NCBI RefSeq assembly: GCF_009834535.1
Contig: NC_045696.1
Span: 20,276,001 to 20,340,000 of the forward strand
Length of the DNA: 64,000 nt
Reading direction: 5' to 3'
Origin: Camelus ferus
Lineage: Eukaryota
Numbering within the stretch: the stretch's first letter is position 1; each line of letters begins with the position of its first letter. The notes beneath the pieces are model-generated. The model did not search any database and was not told where the DNA came from. It worked only from the letters and a program-made list of their open reading frames with translations. Below, one piece after another: positions 1 through 14,156 of the stretch. Position numbers and translations under genes: made by a program.

Positions 1-309
1 ATTGGCAAAAAGAGAAATAATTTTTTTTTGTAACTTCCAATGATTAAATGCCTCAATTTGATTTTAGGGTCATTCCCATAATGGAAATTTTAAGTAAAAA
101 GTTGTTCATTTTAGTATTAATTTGAAAATACTTAAAAGTGATGGCCAATGATTTTAAATCTGTTTCCTTTCAGAGCTATCTGAATTTTTTTTTAATCAGT
201 AAACAAACTCATGCCAGGTAATTCAATAGAGGAAATCTAATATGAAAAATTAATTCCCAAAGTGTATAAGAGGAAAAGGGCAATTAGAGGAGAATGAAAA
301 AATCTCTAT

Positions 310-720
310 TCTAAACAACTACAGGAGGCTCCTACCACTCTTCGGACTGAAGAAACACAGGGCGGTGGTGGTGGTACCAGCCTCAAGGGGTTAGAGCTCC
401 CCGTCAGTGACGGGATCACAGCACAGATGTGCTCGTTAGGAGTGAGGACCCTGGAAGCATAGTTGGTGTGGTGAGAGCTGGAAGTGTCTAAGAGATGCAG
501 CTTCCACCAGAGATGCCGCCCAAGGAAGAAACTTGTGAGAAACACCTACTCTTTGAATTTCCTTCTGTCCCCAAATCCCCTTGTCGTGTCTCCTATTGAC
601 TGAACGTAGCCTGAAGTCAATATGCAAAAGATACTGGGAAAAGCTGATAGTCCCCACTGTTATGCCAAGAAGAGCAGGGGCAAAGCAGTAAATAGAACTA
701 AGGGCAAATGACTAGCACAG
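310..720 (-). mobile_element. Old ERVL-class LTR (LTR33/LTR41-like)
   Basis: Motifs ctcctattgactgaac..gaagtc and terminal gggcaaatgactagcaca resemble this family. Confidence 0.4.
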
Positions 721-724
721 TCCT

Positions 725-1250
725 TCTAAAAGCATGGATCAATTTATTATGTCTCCTGCAATTTTTTGAAGTCTCAAATGCTCCCCACTGCCAACTGTAA
801 AGGGGTTAAATAACCCTCCTCAACAAGACCATCAATACTCTTGCATTCCTGCACCAGTCTAATTTTCCAGGCTGGTCTTTTGCCACTCCCTACCTTTCAG
901 TCTAACATAGGGGTAAAAATAAACCAAATGTTAGTTTTTACCACATCGAGTAACTTCAGGTAACTAAACCTTGTTCATCTTATGACTTTTGCTTATAGTG
1001 TTTTTCTTGGCCCTCCTCCTGAGCCCAACATTTGTACAATGATTCTTAACATCTTAGAAAATCAATTCAAACATATCATTTCTGTGGAAGTTTTTGATAT
1101 GCAGATAGAGTGAATTACTTTATAGTGATTAACCATAATATTATATGAGCATAATATTTATAGTATATTATTAGTAGTACAGTTTTGTTTCCTTTAATAA
1201 ACAACTTTTTCAAGACAGGGACCAAATTAATAAATATAGTGAATGGATGA
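725..1250 (+). mobile_element. L2 3' fragment (very degraded)
   Basis: ctccccactgcc.. and terminal aataaatatagtgaatggatga. Confidence 0.4.
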
Positions 1251-3634
1251 TTTTCATTTCTCAGTAAACATTAAATATATGAATGCATTATATCCTTTTT
1301 TAGAAGCTAATACATTATATTTTTTCAAGAAAATTTCCAATATATTAATCACTGTGGCAACTTTCTTTTTGTATTTGTAGGTTAATGCTTTGTACTACTC
1401 AGGTTTACACTGAAATATAAAAAACCCCAAAACACTTAATTTTGTCACTAACAATCTCTTTCTTGTTATTTTGTTAAAATTTCTCTTAAAAAACATCTTC
1501 TTTCTAATAAAATAATACATGCAACTTCACATGATTGGTAAAACATCATTTTTTTTATTTGCAAACTGGTAAACAATCAATACCTACAAGGATCAAGGAA
1601 AAATTATCATGAGCTTTGAATTTTATTAGTTGCAGCTATCATTTGTTTTCCACTTACATCCATTTCTTTAATGCCCATGGACTGAAGTAAGAGTCCCTAT
1701 GAAGTATGTGAGCTCAATTCTCTAGTCATTTGTGATAAACTCTTGGATAAACTATATCCAGTTATGAATAAACTCTTGTTTTAAATGGAGAGGAAGCATC
1801 CCTTGGAAATGTCTGCAGCTGCTCTCCTTCTAGCATTATGCTTGCATTTCAGTCAAGAGGAAGAAATGATCCCTTTTTCCAAAAGCTAAGTTCTTCTCAG
1901 TAAGTTCCTGTTAGACTTGACTTTGTGTTCCTTTGGGCAGAAATATATTACATGACAATCCTTAAAAGAAGCGAGAAATTATGTTCTTGACTTTTAAATC
2001 TCTATAGTAGAGAAAAGAAACTGAGAAAAAAAACTGAGACTTCATTCTGAATGAGCTAATTCACAGTATCTAACTAAACAATATGGAGATGTGGAGTTAA
2101 GAAACATAGTATGTGTGACAGTGGAGCACCTTTAAGGCAATGATGTCTCTTCTCTAAGCCACTTGGAAACCCAGTAACCAGTGCTGAAAGTAAGAATTTT
2201 GCAAAGGAAAATGGCATATGGAGATAAGACTGAAAAGAGAGCAAAATGGAAAAAGACCACCTGGCCCCAGAGTAAAGAGAAAAGGAGAACAGCGGTCTGA
2301 TCTGCTAAGTAGCCCCGCTATAAATTGAGCAATGATTCCCAAGGTTCATTAGTATCACCCCAAAACTGCCTATACTTTTAAGATGGCTTGAGAGGTATTT
2401 TATTTCTCTATAATCAAGTTTCCTGATTTATATGAGCCTAGATGAGAGTAAAATAAGTGGAAGTTCTGCCAACATCTTCTCTGTTTCTTTAGTATGTGTC
2501 CCCGCCTTCATATACTCTATGAACATACAAGAAAACCCATTCCATGAGTGTATGTGTTTCATTCTCTACTATTTTTTTCATTTAAAATGATCAGCAATCT
2601 TGTGAAGAACCCGTTTAAAGGACAGCTTTTTTAAAAGCTATCTAAATGTTTAGCCATTTAGCATTTAATTGGAATCAGTCGGAAGCAAAATTAAGAATTA
2701 AATGTCTTTACTTATTCTAGTTACCTCATGATACACTTCTTTAATTCTTAGTAATGTCTACTCACATAGTTCCATTTGTAAATATTAGGATTGTGAAAAT
2801 GCAACTAGAGATGATCACTTATTATTCTCCTAATATTATTTCTTGCTTCATCTACTTGCTATGCTTCATTTGTTTGTTATTGAACCCATGACTGTGGGAT
2901 ATTAGAAAGTTTAACATGTATGCATTAATCCAAAGGTTAACTGACAGATTTTAGCAGTTCTCCCTGTGGAGGTCCTTCTCTTTTACTTCCGTAATATATC
3001 TTTGACCATTCTTACTAAAGTAGCACATTTGTTTATAAGATAAATACATCTTTTGAAAAGAGGCATTGGAGTGTCAGGAAAAAGTACCAAGAGTAAACTT
3101 TAAAAATACACAATCTATTAGAATTGTGGTATGGCTGAAAATCAATACAAGAAAAGCTTGTTTTTTTTAATCATTTAACATGATTCAATATTTGGTGATA
3201 GAAAATAATGAATGAGTAATTTTATTTTTCTAAGAATTCTGCTCATTTAGTATTACTTTTTGTGATACTAGGTGATCCCATGTGCAATTTCTGTTTAAAT
3301 GTAATCCATTCATTATGCATCTTATAGATGCATCTTTCATATATGTCTGTGTGTATACATATCACATGCCACACATAAACACATATACACATGTATTTAT
3401 TTGGGTTAAAACATCTTTGCTTAAGATGTTTTAACCCAAATAAATTAAGCAAAGTAAGTAAAGGAACTTTACTGTAAAATTCATCTTTGTTCCAACTTAT
3501 AAGCATAAAACAATTTTGGATTTAGAAAAACACACATATTCCATTTTTATTGTGACTGTAGTAAAATTATTAACACTAACAGACAGTGATAAACTCAGAG
3601 CAATCCTAGATTTTTGGATTGTGTTCATCACCTT

Positions 3635-4090
3635 GTCAGAGATGGCAGTTATTTTATCACATTTCTTTGCCCACTCTTCTATGGTAATAGAAATGTTAGC
3701 TGGAGCTGGGTGCACAAATATCCAAGTAAAGACCATCTTGCAACAGATCATGTGGCTAGGATCTGGCCAGTGGGATGAAGTGGAGAGGGTGTAGGCAATT
3801 ATAGTGTTCTCTCCTTAAAAGAAAAACAAATTGCTGGGATTTTTCCCCCTTTTTATCCCCTTTCTGCCAGCAGAAATACACATATGGTGATGAGCCTTTG
3901 GGGAAGATTAAAAATAAAAAAAGATAAAATCTATAGATGGATACCAAAAGATAAGCAAAAAAAGGACCCTAGATCCTTAGTGCCAGAGAACTATGATTCT
4001 AGATCTTAACTATCAGTGTTTGGAATGTTATCTACTAAATATGCTTCCATATTGTTTAAGACACTTTTTAGTGGGATATTTTTTCAGCAG
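3635..4090 (+). mobile_element. MaLR LTR (MLT1J-like)
   Basis: catgtggctaggatctggccagtgggatgaagtggag.. and typical 3' end. Confidence 0.6.
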
Positions 4091-5223
4091 GCAAAATGTT
4101 ACTCTAAATATTTTAATTGCCAATTATCACATCAATAAGTTCATGGTCATGTATCATAAATGAAAGGATTTTAATGAATATGCTTGTACACTTTTGTAAA
4201 TTTCATTAGAAAACTAAGTCTAATGGTTTTTAAACCAGCATCAAGAAAGCAAAGGAACTTTTATTACATTTCACTTAGTATATGTGATATGATGACAAGG
4301 ATAGTAGATTGAATTAAAGGAAAAATTAACTACTAACAAGGATATCAAAATGGTCTCTTTTCTAACATGGAAATTCAAAGTCACATATTCCTCAATGATA
4401 CTTTGTTATCTAATCATTGGGTTTCTTACATTATGGCCAGAATGATGACTTAGCCGCTTTGATCTAAGAATTGGCACACTAGTCTCGAAATCCCAAATGT
4501 AGACCATATTCTTTACCAGAAGAAATATTTAAAACATATATTACATATTATTTATATTTTTCAGAAGTCTCTGAAATTTACAACAAATTATAATAGAATC
4601 AAAACCAAAATTTTCTTTATTTATTCTCAACCTCTAATTACATAATTGGGGAGAATTTTTTTTATATTTTCAATGGTTTCAGCATCTGCTTGGGAGAGTG
4701 ACATCAAATTCCTCATACTTCAAAAGTTTCATGGCCCTGATTACTTTAAGCCTCTAAGGCTATGGAAAAGATCATAGATTGCATTCTAGGGGCAATATAT
4801 GTGGGAAGATCTTGGAAGTATTAAAGTAGAGTAGTTAATACAATAAAATTTAGGTTTAAAAAAAGTAAGGTTTATCTGTGTAGAATATAAATTAATTTTC
4901 ACATATATTATCTATTAACAGTTTCATGTGAAAGTAGGAAAGTGAGTACACACAGTCTTATGATATATCCAGCAAAGACTATCATAGCATCTTTTACTGT
5001 TCTGCTATAGTTATCAGTAATTGTTAACATATGTCCACAATAACATTAATGTCAACAGAAAATCCACTAGGAGCATTATAGTGTCTAATATCCACAATTT
5101 ATGCCTGTCTGATTTAATCTTTATACCAACCAAAAGAGAGACACAAAGTTCTCGAAGATTTTTTTCTTAAAGATTCCAAAGCAGACATCTAATAAGTGAA
5201 AGGTAGAATTCTCACCCAGATCT

Positions 5224-6272
5224 TTCCCTTTCTCCACACCCTCTCCAGTATTTATCATTTGTGGACTTTTGAAGGATCACCATTCTGACTGGTGTGAGGT
5301 GATACCTCACTGTAGTTTTGATTAGCATTTCTCTGATAATTAGCAATATTGAGCATTTTTTCCTGTGCCTTTTGGCCATTTGTATGTCTTCACTGGAGAA
5401 CTGCTTGTTTAGGTCTTCTGTCCATTTTTGAATTGGGTTGCTTGTTTTTTTGCTATTAAGTTCTATGAGCTGTTTATATATTGATTAAGGAAGTTAAAGA
5501 TGACTTAAAGAAATGGAGAGATACCCCATGCTCTTGGATTAGAAGAATCAATATTGTTCAAATGGCCATAATGCTCAAGGCAATCTACAGATTTAATGTG
5601 ATCTCTATCAAGTTACCCAAGACATTGTTTACAGAACTAAAATAAATAATCCTAAAATTTATATGGAATCAAAAAAGACCCAGACTTGCCAAAGCAATAC
5701 TGAAGAGAAAGAATGAAGCTGGAGGAATAACCCTCCTAGACTTCAGACAACACTACACAGCTACAGTAATCGAAACAGTGTGGTATTGGCATAAAAATAG
5801 ACATATGGATCAATGGAATAGAATAGAAAGGCCAGAAATAAACCTACAGACCTATGGTTAATTAATCTTCAATAAAGAAGGCAAGAATACACAATGGAGA
5901 AAAGACAGTCTTTTCAGCAAGTAGTGTTGGGAAAACCAGACAGCAGTGTGTAAGTCAATGAAGTTAGAACACTCCCTCACACCACACGCAAAAATAAACT
6001 CAAAATGGCTTAAAGTCTTAAATATAAGACAAGATATTATAAACCTCCTCAAAGAAAATATAGGCAAACATTCTCTGACTTAAATCTTAGCAATGTTCTC
6101 CTAGGGCAGTCTACTAAGGCCATTAAGAAATAAAAGCCAAAATAAACAAATGGGACATAATTGAACTTACAAGCTTTTGCACAGCAAAGGAAACGATAAG
6201 CAAAACAAAATGACAATGTATGGAATGGGAGAAAATATTTGCAAATGATGGGACTGATAAAGGTTTAATTTT
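5224..6272 (-). mobile_element. L1 ORF2 fragment with 5' inversion (5224-5482 minus; 5483-6272 plus), 3'-truncated
   Basis: Both segments are clear L1 ORF2 C-terminal DNA and are adjacent in the L1 consensus (..ggtttaattt[cca]|aatatataaacagctc..). Confidence 0.9.
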
Positions 6273-6867
6273 CGTGATGTCTTAGAGAAAGGCCAGGTGC
6301 CCAGATCAAAATAATTGGGAGGTCCAGGGCAGTGTCTCTTTCCCAAGGCATACAGAGTATTTCAATCCTTTAAAGCTGGTATAGAATCAGACTGAATGTT
6401 CACCTATTTTAAATATTTTCTACAGGTAAAGTAGCTGGAAATTGAAACTTACGATCAAAAGTGAGAATGAAGATATAAACATTTCAAATAATACTATTTG
6501 TTAAATTTCAATATAAAGTATAGAAAAAGATATTTTAATATGACTTGCATCCTCTTAATTTTAAAAATATATATGACATTGTACAGGGATATTATTATTT
6601 CGTATAGAAACTTGAGTAAATTAAAAAAGATTTCCCTTCCTCTGGGTGCAAATATCCCCATTCCTATTCTCCTGATTTAGTGAAGACCACAAACTAAATT
6701 TTACTTCCTATGGTCCAAAAAGTGCATTTGTGCAATGCACAACTTAAATCAATGTATAGATTGTCCCCAGTGCTAAAATTCTTAAAAAATGGTAATCTAA
6801 ATGTTATTTGATTATTTTGAAAATTAGGGAAGAATAGAGTAGTTTGCCCTGCCAGTAATAGCAATGA

Positions 6868-6911
6868 ATATATATATATATACACACACACATATATATA
6901 CACACACATAT
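6868..6911. repeat. (TA)n(CA)n compound microsatellite
   Basis: Direct reading. Confidence 0.85.
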
Positions 6912-8919
6912 AGGGAAATATATATAACTTTAATGTATTTCAAAGGAGAATATTATTTTAGGTCTCTTTTGTGTTTTTTTAATGAAAATACTAATTATCC
7001 TCAATAGGAGCTCTGGTAATACATTATTTAATCTTTCTTTGTTGAAATAACACAAATGCTGTCAGACTATTCAAAATAATTTCATCAGTTTTTAAAAGGC
7101 AGTCTTTCTGTCAAACGTGGGTGGAGAGTTTGATGAATTTTCCTGACAAAATTCATTGGTAAATAATAATTCAGTCTGCTTTATTAAAGCATTTTTCATT
7201 TTACAATTATGATTAAAAATCTTAGCTTTTTCTTTTGCATTTTATGATGTTTGGGGAGTGTAATGCTACAAAGATATTCTTTTTTCCCCCACTGGGAGAA
7301 TACCTTTATATAAACATGTCTTAAGCAAAAAGGAAAAGTCATTTTTATGGTTGATTTTTCACAGTGACTCACAGAAATAGATTTTTTTTTTTTTTACTAC
7401 AAGTATATAGTATATTCAAATGGAAAAACCCTTCTTATTTAAGAATTGGTTTTCTATTTTCCACAGTACTTTTTGTGAATCCTGTAGCTGCCTGTATTTT
7501 AATAATAATGTTTATGACCAAAGGAATATATGGATTAAATCAGGCACTATAAACCATTTGAAAGATCAAAGTAAATTGCTTTAGGTAAAACTGTGCCCAG
7601 ACTGTGTTGATAATTGAAGAGTTTTAGTTAAAAAAAAAATACTGACTTAAAAGTCTACCTTCATAAATCTGTTTTGCCTAAGATTTTGAAGAACTTCTAG
7701 AAAGAATATTTTAATGATAATTATGCTGAGAATGTATTATTGTTTATAATCTAATTGAGCAGAGTTCATTTTAACAGGGGAGAAAACATATAAATAAATA
7801 TATATCTTTTAATGCAGTGTCTCAACATTTATTTACAAAGAATTTGCATTCAAAAGGAAGTGTATCAGCATAACTGCTTATTTCAAAATATTTATAATAT
7901 TGAATTTTTGATTGATAAATAAAAGGTTAAAGATTCACATATTTTATTGTGTGAGAATACTATAAAAGCTTCAACTGTATCTGATAAAATATATAATGCA
8001 TTTTAAAGATTTTCAAATCAATTGTTGGATAAGATACTTGCTCAATAAATTTTTACACAAATCTTACACAGTTCTATAAATATCTTAATAATTCATGTAA
8101 AATTATAAAAATATCATTGTGTAAAAGTAAAAAAGTAAACTTTGAAATATAGTTGTATTTAATATTTAATATTTTATAGTAATATTCACTTATAGACTCA
8201 TGAAAAAATTAAATAGTAAAGATAGGGGGAATAATTATAATATTTTTCATTATTCAAAATAGCAATTGAGAATATTTCATTACAAGATAAAAAATTTATT
8301 AAATATTTTAACCAAATATTTCTGTTTAAACACCATAAACAATATTGGTTTCAAAAAATTAAATAATTATAATTGCTTCAATATAACTTTAAAAGGAATT
8401 TCAAAAATATTTTGCAAATATATAGTTTTATTGTAAAGGCTTCTATATTAAAATTATAAAATAAAAATTGAAACATTTATTATTTCTCCTTTTTCATACT
8501 GAAAAACATATAACTATGATTCTTAAAGATGAGACGCAATAAACTTAAATAAAACAGAATGTGATAAGGAGATTGCATTTATTTTTTGAAGGAGTTTCAT
8601 TCATTCCTGTTCTAATTATCCAGTATTAAATCAACATTGTTAAACACGAATTTGAAGTGCAGAGGGGAATATATAGAGGAAAACAGAAAAGTCACAGAAA
8701 TAGAAAGAAAATGGGCACTATGAAAGAAAGTGCTCTCATATTTACTTAGATCAAAGGAGGCCTATGTATATTTTACTTAAAAATATTGTAATCACAGCTT
8801 CATGTATCTTGTAAGCCATCTCATCATTCCAATTCCTATTCGTCCTATTCAGTAGGGGCTAACTAGGGTTTGGGTAGCTTACTCACTTTGGCATAAACTA
8901 TCATGTTGATGATTCACTT

Positions 8920-9080
8920 CTGTGGCAGATGGCAGATGCTCTCCTTGTCCCGTTTGTAATTCTCAGGTTTCTCAGTGTGCAACTTCCAAATGCCTAAAGG
9001 CTTTCGTTTCTGGAACTGTTGTAAGATGAACTGCCGGACTAAAGTGTCAAGGAATGAATGCTATCAGCAGCCCTGAAACA
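8920..9080 (+). mobile_element. LTR16-like ERVL LTR fragment
   Basis: Start tgtggcagatggcagatgc; ggaatgaatgctatcagcagccc. Confidence 0.35.
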
Positions 9081-9339
9081 ATTTTTCATATTTCATATAA
9101 ACATACTCTAGCTATCTGCACCACAGGATAAACAGGATAATTTTAAAAATAAGAACCATCAACCTTCCACCCTCCAAAAAAGAAGAGGATTACATTTTCA
9201 AGTCATCTGTTTAGGGTCAACTTTTGAAAATATATGTCTGCCAGATTAACGGACTTTGTTTAAAGTTAATTCATGCAATAGAAAATATATTTTAACAGTT
9301 AAATGCTACAGTGAATTGAACAGAGAGTAAACAATACGA

Positions 9340-9600
9340 ATTTTATGAAGCCTTCCCTGATCATTCTATTTAAAATTATATCTCCCCAAACCTGGAACTC
9401 CCTATTGATCCTTTCTGACTGTATTTTTGTCTGTAGCACATATTTCCATTTTACCTACTCTACATTTTACCCCCTGTCTTTCCTCACTAGAATGGAATTT
9501 CCTTCAGGGCAAATATTTTTGACTGCTTCGTTAACTACTACATCTCTAGAGTTATGCATTGTACTCAGAATATGGTTAGTGCATTGCATGTGATTGGATA
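9340..9600 (+). mobile_element. L2 3' fragment
   Basis: gaagccttccctgatc..tcctcactagaatgg..cagggca. Confidence 0.7.
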
Positions 9601-9632
9601 TATTAATTTATGGGAAAATATTAAAATTGATA

Positions 9633-10100
9633 TGTTAAACAATAGAAAAAAATATATATATAGTGGTCTCTGCTCCTGGTTCTCAGTTCCAAGCTCCTAA
9701 AATCAAGTTACAGGAGCTCTGGGACCAGCTTTTTCTAGTATTTGATCTTTGATCCTGGTTCCTGACACAGAGCTACTAAATTCCTTGGAATTTCCTCAGT
9801 GATAATAATGTCTCTTTTTCTAATGAGGTGACTCTTGGTGGGCTCCTTGATATGGGCAGAGAGACCAAGCCATGATTAGTAGCTTGGAACTTTCAGCCCC
9901 ACTCCCTCATCCTGTGGTAAGGGGAGAAGGGCTAGAAATGGAGTTAATGATTGATCATGTCTTCGTGATAAAGATTCCATAAAAATCCCCAAAAGTATAG
10001 GGTTTGGAGTGCTTCTGGGAATACATCCATGTGCCAGGAAGGTGGTGAACCCTAACTCCATGGGATCAGAAGCTCCTGTGCTTGAGACCCTCCCAGAGGT
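9633..10100 (+). mobile_element. MER21-like LTR (partial)
   Basis: ggttcctgacacagagct, gaccaagccatgattag..ggaactttcagcccc, gaagctcctgtgcttgagaccctcccaga. Confidence 0.8.
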
Positions 10101-11234
10101 TGCATCACAAAAGTAATTCCCATCACCTACATAGGGCACAGTTCCCAGGTTTCATGATAAGGACCATTAAGTATGCTCTAGGTTAAAAGTCAGACCCTAT
10201 ACCCCGATCCTAATGCATTACAAAGTCTCCCATACTTACTCACAAAATCAACAAAGTATTTTGGATTCATTAGTGACCAATTTTTGTTGGAAAGAACCAC
10301 CCCAGTGTGTTCTACACATCACCAAGTATTTTTTCAGTATCAACTTAAGAAAAAAAAATGTACACACAAATAATACAACTAGAAAATTGTGCATTGATTT
10401 CTTCAACAGATACATTTTTGAACACATATATGTGGACTAGAAAATGTAGATAATAATAAAGAATGGAATAAACATTTTGTAAACACAACTGCATTACAGT
10501 TTTGTGTATGCACACATAACAACAGACATTCTTAGCAGTGAAGGAGCAAAGCAACACATTACGAATATATCAGAAATAAGACAGAACAGAGGAAGAAATA
10601 ACACATACTTACAGAAGATCACAGGAGAAAAAATTATTGCATATTATGTCTCAGGTGGCAGGTATATTTCATAGTCAGCAGATTTTAAGTCAGTATAGAA
10701 AGACAGAAAAAAGCAAGGTAGAGGAAAGTAGGAAGGTGCTCCTAAGAGGGTGAGATTCACCACTTAAGTTAAAATTCATTTTGTGCTTTTATAGCTCTTC
10801 CAACTTTGATCTGATCTGATACACTTCACTTTACAGCAGAGCTACTTAGCGTGTGTCTCTGAGCTTTTCAAAAAGTAAGGATTGCCTTATTCAACTGAGA
10901 GCGAACAGTTCTTAGCACTGTGGTTTTTAAATTTCCTAATTTGAGTCTAACAAATACATACATTTAGGGAACTCAAAGACATTTTAAACAATTAAGAGCT
11001 CACTAGGAAGGCACATTTTGGGTCTAAAATATGTGGTGAATTCCAAAGCTATTCATAAACAGCTTTTGCAACATTCACTGCTTTAAGTTACACTCGAAGC
11101 TGCTCTAACACTATTTCACATTGAGAAAGATTGTATTTTGCTTTATTTCCGAAGAGCCAAGAAATGCATTATAAAGGAGCAGGGTAGAAACATTTATTGA
11201 AGATTTATAATAGTTATTAAAATTTTGGCAACCA

Positions 11235-11340
11235 ATTCCTGAGGTAGTTTTTATAGCCTTCTTGTGAGATTTAAGAAAACAGTGGCCCAGGGTATCTCCG
11301 TTACTTGCCCAAGGTCACACAGTAAATAAATGGCAAACAA
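11235..11340 (-). mobile_element. MIR SINE
   Basis: Core acttgcccaaggtcacacag. Confidence 0.8.
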
Positions 11341-11559
11341 TAACTCCATTTCTCCAAAGAGTCTCCTTTTCATATATCACATTAACTATTATAGAACAGC
11401 AGAGGGGCAGAAATGACTTCTCTAAGCTGTGGGAGAATTTTGTGTCACTCTCTATGAAAAATTTTTAGCCATTTATTTCCAATGCAGAGTCATAAGGAAT
11501 AAAGATAAGCTCCTAAAATAGCCCTGAATTGCAGAAGAACATGACATTTCTTGTGCACA

Positions 11560-11730
11560 ATTCCCAATTCTATCAATCATGAGTTGTGTAACCTTGTACA
11601 GGTCATGTTAACCTCTCTAAGCGACCAAACTTTCATCAGTAACATGGAGATTAAAAAAATCATATCCATAGTGTTTTTATGAAGATGAACTAAAACAATA
11701 TTTGAAATGCCTGCTAGGGTCCAGCACAGA
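11560..11730 (+). mobile_element. MIR SINE
   Basis: Core tgtgtaaccttgtacaggtcatgttaacctctctaagc. Confidence 0.75.
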
Positions 11731-11884
11731 TATATTCTGGGCATGACAGATACTCTTTTTTATGTTTTAAACTATTCCTCTAACCCCAAACACATATTCA
11801 ATCATTGAACAAAAGTTAATAGAGTATTTGTTATGTGTCAGGTACCATATCTAGATACTTGATATACTATGAACTACAAAAAGA

Positions 11885-12260
11885 CAGGCTCTTAGATCCT
11901 TTAGGAAACAGAGACTGAAGCACATTAGAAGGCTGTAGAGAGGAGTTCTGTGCCAATCTCCTTCTTATCTACTGTTTCTTATTGGTCAAAGTTTATCCCA
12001 CAGGGAAGTACCCCACATCCATTCTGAAATTCAGTACCTAGTGAATGGGCATCCCTGCTCCAGTCCCAGATCCTCCTGCTTGTGCTATGGTGTTTCATCC
12101 AAAGGTATCAGGTGAATGAGAAGTCAGAATTTTCATGATTTCGCTGGTTGACCAACTCTGCAGAAATGGCCAGAGGGGTATGGCTCAGGACTCCCATGAC
12201 AAGTGAACTGTTGGCCCTCAGACATAGCAGCACCTTGGGTACCAAAAGGGAAACATGCTT
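11885..12260. mobile_element. LTR33-like LTR following an L2 3' end (11795-11885, minus)
   Basis: attggtcaaagtttatcccacagg motif. Confidence 0.4.
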
Positions 12261-12683
12261 AGGAAAGGGAAAAAATGCTTAGGAAATGAGAAAAATATGT
12301 CCATTGCTGCCAAGACAGTTATAGCCAGAGATGTTTCCACCAGATTGAATAACATGAACAACCTACTTAATGAATGAAAGAGCATGTTGTTTGGAGGAGC
12401 TCAGAAAGATTACAGCAGAAAGGAAGTATAAGCAGTGGCTCTCTATCCAACATTCAATGAAAGAAACAAGAGGACATGCTGAAGGACTACTGGGCTAGGG
12501 TCAGAAAACAGAAGTGGTATTTTGATGTATCAGAAATATTGAGGTTTCTTCTGAGGGACTGAAAATATAGTGGCTTTGGCCAAGAAACAGTTACAGTGGA
12601 GGCCATTAATTGCAGAATATGTAGAATACAGCAATAAAGTTTAGAGTAGCAATACTATTATACTATAATATATATAGTACATA

Positions 12684-12706
12684 TGTGTGTGTGTGTGTGT
12701 GTGTGT
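12684..12706. repeat. (TG)n microsatellite
   Basis: Direct reading. Confidence 0.9.
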
Positions 12707-12849
12707 ATAATCTTACAGTCATGAGAGGAAGACCATTGCCAGGACAGGATCAAGCAGTAGTCAAATATATGAGAATGAGGCCTACACTGGGAAATAGAGA
12801 AATACACAAGTAAAAATAAGAATTTAAGTATGGATGCTAAAAGTTTCAA

Positions 12850-13900
12850 TATTAGAATTAAAATTCTGGAATTCAGTATGTATCTTTCCATTTCAGTAGA
12901 GTGGACATATATGATTAAAAAAGGCAATCAGTACAAAAGGAGAAGAAACAAAAAAGGGACTAAATTAAAGGCAGGAAAAACAGAGCACATAATAAGATAA
13001 TGGAGATACAGCTATATACTTATATATAGAGATATATATGGGAATAGGTTAAATTGATTAAATTTATGTATATATACTATATACATACACATACGTGTAC
13101 AAACGTTTTAGTAATCACAGTAATTATAAACGAATTAAATTTTTGGTTAGAATACAGAAATTATCAGATTATATGAAAATCCAGTGATATTTACAAAGAA
13201 CACATATAAAAGAGAACAAATATGATGTATGATGTACATCATTATGATGTAGACAAAAGATAGAACTGGCAAGTGAAATCCAGTAGTGATATTTTTCAGA
13301 CAAAGTTAAAGTTATTGTAAAAAACATCATTAGGGATAAAGATAGCCTCTATTAATGAACAGTTTCAACACTGAAAACAAAGTTCAAAAAACAGGTAAAC
13401 AGAGTAAATTTTAAAAGATGGTGAAGGATTAGAAGAGGTTAAGCAAAAAATACTATCACAGATAATATCTACAGAAAATTTAAAAAATTAATGCATGCAA
13501 CCATGCTGCTATATGTAAGATTTTAAAAAATCAACTGAATTCTTCATCCTCAGTAACAAATATTAAGGAATTATAGTTAATAGATACCATTTGCAATAGC
13601 AATGAAATATAATGTATCTTTGGATAAATACAAAAAAGATTTTCAAGAACTCAATAGAAAATATTATACAGCTTTACTGAAGTAATTTAAAGACCCCTTC
13701 AATTAACAGAACTGATGAACAATTTGATCTTGTCCAACTAAATATTAAGGCTCATTTTAAATATGTAATAATTAAAACTTTGAAGCACAGACATAACAAT
13801 ACATGCAGAGGCTGGTTAAATAAGACAGAGATCCTATTATTTGACAAAATACACTCAATGATATGAGAAAATGATCATACTGTATTATTAAAGAGAAAAA
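12850..13900 (+). mobile_element. Old L1M ORF2 fragments
   Basis: A-rich, with L1 motifs tcagacaaagttaa.., ataccatttgcaatagca. Confidence 0.6.
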
Positions 13901-13984
13901 AAGTTAAAATGCTACATGATAACATGACCATCATGATCCCAACTACATCGAAAAATACATAACCAGAGAAAAACAGTAGTATGT

Positions 13985-14156
13985 TAGATGTGATATGTCA
14001 GTGCATGTTCACCAACTGTAACAAATGCACCACTGGTGGGAGATGCTGATAACAGTGGAAACTCTGCAAGTGTGGAGCCAGGGGTACAGGAGAAGCCCTT
14101 GTACATTCCACTCAATTTTGTTGTGAACCTAAAACTGCTCTAAAAAAAAAAAAAAC
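13985..14156 (+). mobile_element. L1MC-type 3' end with polyA
   Basis: tgtaacaaatgcaccactggtggg..ctcaattttgttgtgaacctaaaactgctct(A)n. Confidence 0.9.

Noticed and set aside
10796..10874. Plus-strand AG..GTAAGG exon-like segment
   Set aside because: Stops in all three frames and no partner exons found.
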